Of a stretch of 64,000 nucleotides of DNA, positions 13,831-24,500 are shown one piece after another. Source of the DNA: Octopus sinensis. Its lineage: Eukaryota. The DNA is taken from positions 14,260,001-14,324,000 of the forward strand of contig NC_043015.1 in the NCBI RefSeq assembly GCF_006345805.1. Reading direction: 5' to 3'. Under the pieces are notes generated by a model. That model did not search any database. It saw nothing but the letters and a program-made list of their open reading frames with translations, and was not told the origin of the DNA. Position 1 is the first letter of the stretch, and each line of letters begins with the position of its first letter. The position numbers were made by a program, and so were the translations under genes.

Positions 13831-14404
13831 CAAGGGTTCTCAACGATTTTATATCTGTGGACCCCTTTGATTACTATTTTATTCTGGTGCAGACCCCTCC
13901 CCCCTTCAATGTTTAACCCTTTCGTTACCAACCTGACTGAAACCGGCTCTGGCTCTGAGTACAAATGTCTTTTTTTCATAAGTTTTGAATTAAAATCTTT
14001 CAACAAACCTTAGTCACAATTTACATTCCTAACACTAGCTTAATGATTACTAAGTTATTTTACTAAATTCTTTGTTATATTTAAAATAATTGAAAGAAAC
14101 ACAGAGCATCTCAAAATAAATACAGTAATGAAAGGGTTAAAAGCTAGTTTTATAGAAAGTTCTTTCAAAATTTCTATTTTATTTATTTCACATTAACTTG
14201 TGTAGGTTGAATTATGTAAAATGTTAGAGAAAGAAACCTTGCTGTTTCTTGCAATACAAACCAATACATACATCTGAAGCAAAATTTTTACAGGAGCCCT
14301 TAAAATACTATTGTGGATTCCCAATTTACAATTTTGTTGCATGGACTCCCAAAAGTCTTATAGGGAGCCACATGTGCCATATGGACCCTGGTTGAGATCC
14401 ACTG
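13831..14404. mobile_element. MITE with short imperfect TIRs (caagggttctcaac / gttgagatccactg), hAT-like
   Basis: Imperfect terminal inverted repeats, no coding capacity; hosts a nested piggyBac-type MITE. Confidence 0.55.
13917..14136. mobile_element. piggyBac-type MITE (TTAA-CCCTTTCGTTAC ... GTAATGAAAGGG-TTAA)
   Basis: TTAA target duplication at 13913-13916 and 14137-14140; CCC/GGG termini. Confidence 0.8.
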
Positions 14405-14578
14405 TATTTATATAGTAAATATTTGAGTTGAATACATCTGTTGATTTTGAAAAAAAAAAGATCCTGAGTAAGTTTAGTCTAATGGTATCATGAGAAAACA
14501 TATATTAGTGAACATGTTAATATTATAATATGATTATTAATCATTCATCTTACTAATTATGGTGATTCATTTGTTTAG

Positions 14579-14668
14579 CACCTGAGCCACCAAGAAGAGA
14601 TCCTTCTACATCTTTATCTTTTAGTAAAGCAAAATCGAAATCTTTTGCAGAAGGAATGGCTGAAATTG
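14579..14668 (+). CDS. SHANK: Shank exon: (A)PEPPRRDPSTSLSFSKAKSKSFAEGMAEI
   Basis: ttgtttag acceptor, gtaagt donor, 90 nt, phase 1-1. Matches the conserved post-PDZ Shank motif APPPPKRAPSTTL..SKSM. Confidence 0.92.
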
Positions 14669-16158
14669 GTAAGTATAATCTCTCTCTCATAATCATTCTT
14701 ACATTATTAATTTAATTCTTTAACAAATTGTTACAAAGATTAACAAAAATTTATGAGAAAATAAGAGTTACAATGACCAAATGGATACAGTACCAAACTC
14801 TTAGCTCATTTGTGCTGTGTTAGTAATGGGTACAATGTTCTAAACTGGTCACTGAACATATTCAAAGCCAGAAACATGGAAGCAGAATAGATTATGGAGT
14901 GATGAGAGGAGGTGGAATGTTGAATTAACTCATAATTGGTGTAGTTTAGTGATCTGTTGTTTGAGGACAAATTCTCTTGCATCAAATTAAATGATAGAAT
15001 TAAGATTTTGTATAGGCACAGGTGTGGCTGTGCAATAAGAAGCTTGCTTCTCAACCACGTGGCACTTTGGGTAAGTGTCTTCTACTATAGCCTCAGTGGA
15101 TTTGGTAGACGGAAACTGAAAGAAGCCCATTGCATATATAGCTTTATATATATATATATGTACTTGTGTATGTTTGTCCCTCACCACTGCATGACAACTG
15201 ATGTTGGTGTATTTACGTTCCCATAACTTAGTGGTTCAATTTAGAGACTGATAGAATAAGTATCAGGTTTTTTAAAAAAAAAAGCATTCGACTAAAAATT
15301 CTTCAGGGTGATGCCCCACCATAGCTGCACAGTATAGTGACTGAAACAAGTAAAAAATATTCTTAGAATTTGTATCAGAACAATTGAACCCTTTTGTTAT
15401 ATTTCTTTGGAGACATACAAGTAGAAAATAAGAATGGCTGTGTGGTTTAGCAGTTTGCTTTGCAACCACATGATTCCATAGATTTGATCCCACTGTGAGG
15501 TGTGTTGGTTCCTTTGAAGTGTAGCCCCAGGTGGACCAATACCTAGTCTTGAGATGGAAACTTTGCAGAAGCCCAGTATGTGTGTGTGTGTGTATGTGTG
15601 CACACGTGCGTGTGCATGTGGGGTGGGTGGGCTACCACAGAGTGTAATTGCATAATGCTTTTTATGTTGTTAGGTAAGAAACTAAATATCATTTCAAATT
15701 TTGGTTCAGTGTTAGTAATTTTGTGAGGAAGGAGTAAGTTGATTACATAAGTACTAGTTGGGAACTTATTTTATTGACTTGTCCCTGGTAGATTTTGAAC
15801 TCGGAGCACAGTTAGTCAGAAGAAATTCTGCTAAGCATTTTGTCTAATATTCTAACAATTCTTCCAACTGATCATAGTTTTAGTATATGGTTCCAGTAAT
15901 TTAGTGTATCATTGGTCCTAGTGATTTCAGCTTCTGTTTAGTAACCTGCTTCTCTAGTTCCAAGCATTATTATTTATTTAGAAAAGAAGTTTTTCCCCAT
16001 ATTTTACTTGTCTACTAATTGCTCATCAACCTGCCTACACTATTATCTATGCTACTTCTCTTGTTTCTTTCACTAACAACAACAGCAACAACAAAAAAAC
16101 TAACAAACAAACAAACACAATGCTGTTAGTTTGATAATAGTCCAAGCAGAAAGCCATG

Positions 16159-16379
16159 TACAAGGGGGTGCTGAAAAGTTCCTGGCTTTAAGGGTGCCAC
16201 AAAAGGCCTAGTTGGAGGCCCGACCTTCTGAGTTCTTTTACAGAGCTTAGTAAAACTGAAGAACCGCTGCAATAAGGGTGTGAATCTGAGAGGGGAATAT
16301 ATTCAATAAAATCATAATTAACTGATGCTTCTGTATTTTCTTTTATCCAAAGCCAGGAACTTTTCAACATGCCCTTGTA
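16159..16379. mobile_element. mariner-derived MITE in the last Shank intron
   Basis: ~30-nt TIRs (tacaagggggtgctgaaaagttcctggcttt / reverse complement), TA flanks, internal remnant of the mariner C-terminus (..KLK.RCNK.VNLRGEYIQ). Confidence 0.85.
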
Positions 16380-16695
16380 TGAGTATTCTGACAATGTTGG
16401 TGATACTGCAATTTTGTTGTCAAACATAGGCTAGTTTCATAGGAAATTTCTAGTTTTGAATTGTCAATCACTTACATTAAGTGGGTCAAGTGGCTTTTTT
16501 TCTTTTCAAGCCACCTGTATTAGAAAGGTTGTGTTGGTAAACTTAAAACAACCTCTTAACATGTAATGAATGTTATAAGAATTATTTGATTTAAATATTT
16601 TATTTTATATTTTTAAATGTTTTATTTTATATTTCTTAATGTAATTTTTATGTAGATTTTCTAAAAAAAAACAAAAATTGATTTTGATCTTTCAG

Positions 16696-19600
16696 AAAAA
16701 CTGGATCAAACTCTTGCAGAATTTGAAGTGTGTGAAAGCCCAACAAAAGAAAATAGTTACAGTACTTATCAGAATGCAATGAAATCTGAAATAAAAACTG
16801 CTTCTATTAGGGCTGCTTATGCTAAAAAACGGCTGTCTAATATTGAAATTGATAACATTTGCTCTATGGAGGCCCCACACAAACCTGATCGTTTAAGCCC
16901 CTCAGAAGTGCGCATTAAAAAATACCACAAAAAGACAAGCAGTCTAGAAAAATCTCGAAGTACACCAAATCTTGCTCCTGACTTAGATTATGCACAAATT
17001 TCTTCTGGAAACAGTTCTTACAGCAGCAATTCCTCTGGACTTTTGAGAAGTCAACAAGCCAAAATGAATGCCAGTCAGATAAATCAGTTGTATCCTGCAC
17101 CATATCTGGGAAGTCTTTCTCAACCTCCACCAGGAATGGATTTATCTGGTTGTAGACATTCAGTTGCTATTGGCTCTTCTGTGCATATCAATTCTTTACC
17201 AAGCAGAGGTAAAGCTTACCCAGTTCCTCCACCTGTGGTGTCAAACCATTATGTTTCTCCTAAAGAGCATATTCCTCCTCCTCCACAAGTTATAACAATA
17301 AATACACAGAATGATCAGTCAGTTAATTCTACGGGAGAATCAACCAAACACAATTCTTATGAATCAAGTTTCAGACCTGGAACTGTGGCAGTATTTGGTA
17401 ATAATAAAAAATTAGTTACAAACCAATCTTCAGTCAATCAGGCAAAATCTCATAAACCACAAGATAGTTTGAATAGAAATAAATCTGCAAACAACTTCAA
17501 TTCTAATCTGAATAGTGTAACTAAAACAGTAATTGCAGATGTTCATCACATTGACCAGTCACAAGGTACTCAACACTATTCAAATGGTACACACGATACA
17601 TACTATGAACCTCAGCCCGACTATGAATCTGATGGAGAGGACAACTTAGCACATGATGGCAATGGTAATATTATTTCAGTTGGTTCAAATCTCACTAAAA
17701 ATAGAATGTCTTTGGCGGTACCTCTATCTTCATCTTCTTCCTCATCTGAGAGTTTCAAGACAGCATCAACTACTCCTTCTTTTCAAAATACTGTAGACCC
17801 ACAAATAATTCCTCCTCCACCTGAATTCTGTCCACCTCCTCCACCTGAATTTTCTCATGCTCCTCCTGCCCCTCCTCCTCCTCCATCTAATCAATTATGT
17901 GCCGTTCCTCCTCCCCCTCCTCAATTCAGTTCTGCTCCTCTTCCTGAATCCCAGGACAGTCAAGCAGCAGACCCAGGAAATGAATTACTAAATGAAATTA
18001 AACGTGCTGCACAGGAAAGACAGAATCGATGTAAAGATGAAATTCCAGAGAAGACCACACCCAAACCCACTAGTGTCAACTTAACTCCACAAGATAAAAA
18101 TCAAGCAGAAATTTTACAAGCTGTAGCAAAACGACGTTCAATGCTGGAAAATTCTGATGAAAATATTGTTGTAAATCAAATTGAAGCCCAAATTCACAAA
18201 GCTAAGAAACTACAATATTCTAAGTATTATTTCACTGGCAATAGAATGAAAAAAGTAGTGAAAGAATTACCTGAGGAGAACACATTAGAGGTTGAGGAGA
18301 ATAAACAGAACACTGAAGAAAACAAACCAGTTGTTAAAGAGAACAAACCAGTAGTTAAAGAAAGCAAACCAGTTGTTAAAGAGAACAAACCAGTTGTTAA
18401 AGATGCTAAAGTAGATGTTAAACAGAAAGGATTAAATGAAGGAAAAATAAACTCAGCTTCTTCAGAAGACAAACCTATATCTAAAGTAGTTTTGAAACCT
18501 AAGCTTTTGGAAAGATCTACTGACAAGCTGCCAACAGAAAGTAATAGTAATAAGACTACAGTAAAAACACTACAAAATCAAGCTATAAAATCTCAGAACG
18601 GTAAAGTAGAACCACATGTAAATGATGATTCCAAGAAAGGTCAAGAAGATTTTCTAATTAAAGCTGAAAAAGCACGGCAGAGGTACCTAAGTCGGAAATC
18701 ATTAGGTACGAACAATGAAACGGCTGATAAAGCCAACAGAACAGCTACACAAACTGAAATATCTGATAAGCCAAACAACATAAATGCACATACTAAAACA
18801 TCAGATAAACCAAACAGTACAGCAACACATACTGAGACAATAGATAAACCAAACAAAATAGCTATAAATAATGAAAAATCTGACAAACTAAACAGTACAG
18901 CTACAAATAATGTCAAATCTGATAAGTCATACAACATAGCTAGAGTTAATGAGAATAAGACATACAACTCTAAAAAAGAACCTGAACCTTGTGTAATCAG
19001 CCACAAAACTGTGGAAAAAAATAAGATAAACACTGACCAAACCAGACATGGAGTACAGAACAAAACCAATCCATTGATTAAGAGAACGACCAGTAAGGTG
19101 CACATTGAAATAAAACCAGCTCTAAATGTTTCATCAAAACCAATTAGTGGTGTGTCCATAAAAGAAAGAATTGCTAATTTACAAAACAACAATGGACTTG
19201 CTACAAATAATTCAAGGGATGGAGTGAAGTTAATAACTGTAAAGGGAGTGACTACAGGTCATTCTAATACTGACCCATCTAATTCTTCAGATTGTTCAAC
19301 TCCTAGTCAATCTCCATATCATACCAGTTTTGTAACAATCGTTGCACCACCTCCTGGGTTTTGTGATTCTGACACAGATGAAAGGGCTACTGATGAGCTT
19401 CCATCATACCCCACTCTACAAACTTTACCGGCTCCACTATCTGAGTTATCTATTTCGGTTGATCAGATTGGAGATATACATCCACCAGATGATTCTCTGA
19501 GCCTTATCTCTTCTCTTTCAACACTGTCAACACTCTCTACCTCAAGCACAGAACATCCAATTGACATTGTCCATCCACCACCAACTAGCTTTCAAGATGG

Positions 19601-19979
19601 TTCTAGCCCTGTATCAACAGATCAAGGTTTTGAAGAATCATTTATAGCAGCACCACAAGAATTTAATGAACCATTGAAAAAACACAATATAACAAAACAT
19701 TCTTATCAAAATAAATCAGTTGAAGAGTGGTTGTACGTGGATGTTCTTGAGTGGCTTGATAGCTTAAAACTGACACAATATAAAACTAATTTTTCTCATC
19801 ATTGTATTGATGGTAAAAAATTGCTTAACCTTAACAGAAATGATTACTTAATGCTTGGTATTACACAAGTTACTCATCGACTGAATTTGGAGAAGGCCAT
19901 CAAAAAGGCTTTACTGGCATCAAAAAGCTGTCAGAAAAGTCCAGTGACCAGTAAAATTTCATCATCAATGTCTCACTGA
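16696..19979 (+). CDS. SHANK: Shank terminal coding exon: EKLD motif, proline-rich region with PPxxF motifs, SAM domain, stop TGA
   Basis: ttcag acceptor at 16695, in frame with ORF 16728..19979 (1083 aa). SAM domain EEWLYVDVLEWLDSLKL..HCIDGKKLL..LGITQVTHRLNLEKAI aligns to Shank SAM. Confidence 0.95.
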
Positions 19980-21498
19980 TGTCTTTACCTTATTGAAATG
20001 TATGTTGCTGTATATTAAGTCTGTGAATAGTACTGGAATTGAGTTCTGACTGTGATAGAGAAATTCAGGTGACTTGCTTGGTTTCTTACTCGTTATATGC
20101 TATTCTAGAACTACTATTATTAACCTACCGTTGAACCGAAGCTAATGCTGGAAATAGGAAACCAAAGCTAATAGATAAAGTTATATCTATTGGGAAGTTC
20201 TATAAAATGTTGAATTATCTTAACACATACACCCACATATACGTATAACGTTAGACTGCAGCTTGAATCATTTATGAAAACACAATATATTCTAAAATAG
20301 TATTAAAATTTATATAAAACTTTTTTTTCTACTACAGCAGTTATTAATCCATGATAATCTTCAGGTTTCTTATAATTAACTGATTTACTTTATAAGTAAA
20401 TTCCTATATTTCAAGTAAAATTTCACAGTTATATTGCAAATCAACTTCTGAATGAACTTTTTTTGTTTTTTCTAACTTCCCAATATTGGAACCATAACCC
20501 CCACAGTGTATATAATAATGCATTATACAACCAGCACACACACTGGATATTGTTTTTTGACAAATTATTGAATATTAAAAAATATTTTATTTATTAGTAA
20601 ATATAATAAAACTATTAGTTCTATTATATTTATAATCAGTTACTTCACATTTTAAATATTTTATTTAATCTCTATAAATATTCAAGTGATACTGTTAACG
20701 AAAATTGCAACCTTTCATTTTAGAAGTATATTCCATATACCCTTTTAACAGCGCTTCCAAAATAAATATGATCTTGCCCTCTAAAAAAGATGTTCCATCT
20801 GTAATTGCTTGTTTGTTCAATTTTGGAAGATTTTCCATATGATTTAGAGAAATATCTCTTCATAATCCTTCATTATGTCACTGTTGTTGATATAGAAAGT
20901 TTTAAAGTTTTCAATGCTTTCTCTTGCCATAGTTATTATTTTACTTGAAATTTTTCTGGTGTTGAACGATTTTGTTTTATATCCTCTCAAATTCTCTTGA
21001 TTCCATTAGAAGATATTTAATTAAATAAAATGTAATTTTATTTCATAAATAAATAAATTAAACACAATTTCCTAAATTTTCATTTTGATTAGTATCAATT
21101 AATAATTAATATAAATCAAAATTTTTTTGATACATTTTATTTTTTAGAAGGTTTTATCAATTTAGTTATTCACAATTCTGTTTTAATTATAACAGCTATA
21201 TAAGTACATAACAGATATTTTGTATAAAGAAGAGTTGTGAAAAGTTTTGTATTCTTCAAAACACTAAGACATAAACCAACTATTCTGGTATTCTTAACAA
21301 AACTAAAAGTGTAAAGTTGTATAAACTTTCCTTGTTTTATTGACATTGGAAAATAGCTGAAATTTGTCCTAAGTGATGAGCTGTTTATTTTACAATCTAC
21401 TTCTTAAAAGCACTTCAGTTGATACTCCTAGGAAGTAAGTCATAAAATAAATAACACATTACACAATATTGAAAATAATTGACTTTTGACTTTTAAAT
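19980..21498. other. Shared or abutting 3' UTR interval of convergent Shank (+) and RABL2 (-)
   Basis: Lies between the two stop codons. AT-rich, with no recognisable SINE/MITE/LINE copy, unlike the flanking introns. Confidence 0.7.
21024..21057. terminator. Candidate bidirectional polyadenylation signal cluster
   Basis: AATAAA on + at 21024, 21048 and 21052, with an AATAAA on - (tttatt 21037-21042) interleaved. Such hexamers are common by chance in AT-rich DNA, so use is unproven. Confidence 0.4.
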
Positions 21499-21558
21499 TT
21501 AAATTTTCTTTTGTTCATCTGTCAAACTAAGGTTTCCTTCATCTTCAACATCAAAACT
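21499..21558 (-). CDS. RABL2: RABL2 last coding exon: SFDVEDEGNLSLTDEQKKI*
   Basis: Strong minus-strand acceptor ggtttttgttttttcag, phase 0, acidic tail comparable to human NFSLEQEEED..., stop TAA at 21501-21499. Confidence 0.85.
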   Translation of the reverse strand, partial: SFDVEDEGNLSLTDEQKKI

Positions 21559-24500
21559 CTGAAAAAACAAAAACCAAGCTAATATTGAATAATTTTTCAG
21601 GCAGAACTGGAAAACAAAGTCCTATAAAAAAATAAAAAAGTGTATCAGTGTTATATAGTTTAACTGAGAAAATATAAGCTACTGGCTATATTATGAGAAC
21701 TACAATATTGCTCAATGCAAGATATATTGTGTTGCTTGTACATGTGTATATGTAGCTTCTAAAATCAAACTAAGGATACAGTTCCCATTGCTGATATTCT
21801 CTGTTGGTCAGAACAACTGACAGATATCTCAATAATTTATTTTTTCTTCTGGTTACGAGAGTCAGGATTTGAGCTCAGAATGTACAGTCAGAACAGATAC
21901 TGCAAGGAATCCTGTCTAATGCTCTGACAGTTTCACTAAGTCATAGCCCTGTACTGGTATTTTGGCTTTCCTTCTTTCAAGCTCAGTAGATAAAGTTGAC
22001 TTTGGTGGGAATTAAACAAAACTGCAAACCATTCTGACATTAATAACATCTGCCAGTTCACTGCATGATATATATATATAAAGGGGTTAAAATCCACACT
22101 GTCCTTGTGAAGCACATCTGTATATTCAAATAATGAAATGTATGTATATGGATTATTATAAATGAGGCATACATACATACTAGTTGAAATTTCTGGTTAA
22201 TCATATTTGCAGAGTAAGTAAAATATACCACACTTTCCAGTCTATTACGCAAAAACATGTGGTAAGAAGCTTGCTTCCCAACCACATGGTTGCAGGTTCA
22301 GTTCCACAGTGTGGATATAAATGTGTGTCTTTGTCCTCCTACCACTGCTTGACAACTGGTGTTGGTGTGTTTACATCACCGTAAGTTAGTGGTTCAGCAA
22401 GAGATACCAATAAGAATAAGTACTAGACTTTAAAAAGTAAGTCCTGTTCAACTAAAACCTTTCAAAGCAGTGCCCCAGGATAGTTGCAGTCAAATGACTG
22501 AAACAAATAAAAGATATATGTTTATGTGATTTGTTTAAATGCCCACTTACTGCAGGACGGTGTCCAGCAAAAGCTCCTTACATGACACTGAGTGTTAAAG
22601 AACACCAAGTGTCCTACACCAGATGAGACAACTCCCTGGACACTATCCCACAGCAAATGGGCATTTAAACGAAATACACAGCTTACAGGCAACATTGATC
22701 ATCTGCTCCATCAAAACCAATCTGGGGATAAACAGCATATATTTTATCAAAGGAAGAGAGACAGTGTTTATTTGTCTTTCTAGAAATTCAATAATAATAT
22801 TCAGTTTGAACTTTTAAAGGTCAGTTGATCAGAAGTGGGTTCTACAGAAAAAGTGTTTTATAGTAGGGGTAACAGGAAACAGAAGTAGGTTAGGTAAGTC
22901 AGATAAGTATTAAATTAAAATGACAGGGGGAAAACGATTGGCTTCTTTATCTAGAAGATTGATTTTATTGGAAAATTGTCCAGAATACAAATGAGTATGG
23001 ATAATATTTTGACACACTCCAGTGTAGAAGAATCAATGTACAGGACCAGCTGATGTTCAGAGTTGATGAACTTTCTGCTCTGAGAAGAAACCCTGATCTT
23101 TTATGTTTGTCAAGAGAAATCTTAAGAGATAACAAACTATTATATTTGGAGGGTGTACCAGTGACATGTAAAAAGAACCTGGTACACTGTAAAGTGGTTA
23201 GCATTAGGAAGGGCATCCAGCTGTAGAAACCAAACCTAAACATACTGGAGCCTGGTGCAGCTCTACAGCTTACCAGTTCCAGTCAAACAGTCCAACCCAT
23301 GTCAGCATGGAAGACAGATGCTAAATGATATGTGTTATTTATGCATGGGATGAATTGCAGTTGCATTTTTGGTTCTGTGAACAACTATATATAAATGGAT
23401 ATGTTTCAATGACTGAGTGATTCCATGCATAATAGATAACAAACATATCGAACTCCTGACAGCTTAAAAAAATATTTAAATGTTTTCTTTTTAGTTCTAG
23501 GCAATGCCTGATAAGTAGACTTATGGTGAAAGACAATCTGACTATGATCATCCCATTTTTTCCATGTATAGTATATAAAATTATGCAGTGAAATTTATTT
23601 AGTTTTGATGAGTTTGTATGCTATAGAGAAAAGTGAAATTTGATGTTTTTAGAACTGACCCTTTCTGTGAGAAAGTGAAATTATTTTGCAGCTAAGGGGT
23701 TAGATAAGTGAGGTTTGGAGTAAACATGTAAAGTAGATACAGATTGTATATTAATCCTTTAGCATTTAAACTGGCCATATCTGGTCCAAATATTCTGTTT
23801 TATGTTCAAACCAGCCTCTCACACCTATCATATAGTCATTCTAAAAATAAACAATCATATCATCAAAATCCCAAAGCTATGAGATAATGCATGATTAATT
23901 CAAAATTATGTGAATAAATAATTATTACATTAGACAGAAAAATCTGAATGCTAAAAGGTTAGATATATATTTAGTGAATCAGTAATGTAGGTGTGTAGAC
24001 AGGTCACTGGACAGAGGTGACAAAATTAAGTGTAGTGGGTGGGGATTGTGATGTGTCAATGAAAGGAATAAAATAGTACTCATGTACAGATACAAATCAA
24101 TAGACAGTGCTTAATAAAGAGCAGAGTAGTGGTGATAGTCCTGATGAAAATACACATTAGTTGGTTAATGAATGGAATGAAATGAGGTGAGAGAATTGTT
24201 TATTAAGGTTTATAGGTATAGGAGTGACAGGTATGATAAGTTACTTCTTTTTGTTCATGAGAATGTAGCAGACTGGTGTTCAGAAATTCAGGATACCACA
24301 GACTGCAGAGAGGCAGGTGAATTAGAACAGTGAGCTTCAGATTTGCCCTGAATGTGGTGGCAAATACTATGAAAATATTTGCAGAAGCCATTACCTAAAC
24401 AGGATCTTATTTTACCTAATGTATAGCACATTACTGTGCTGTTATTCAGTAGATGAAGTTGACAGAAACGCAACTAAAGTTTTGAATGATCTCATTTTAG

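Noticed and set aside
18641-19192. 183-aa minus-strand ORF (also 18227..18526 and 16915..17130)
   Set aside because: Antisense shadows of the Shank terminal exon and its coding repeats; no splice signals or homology of their own.
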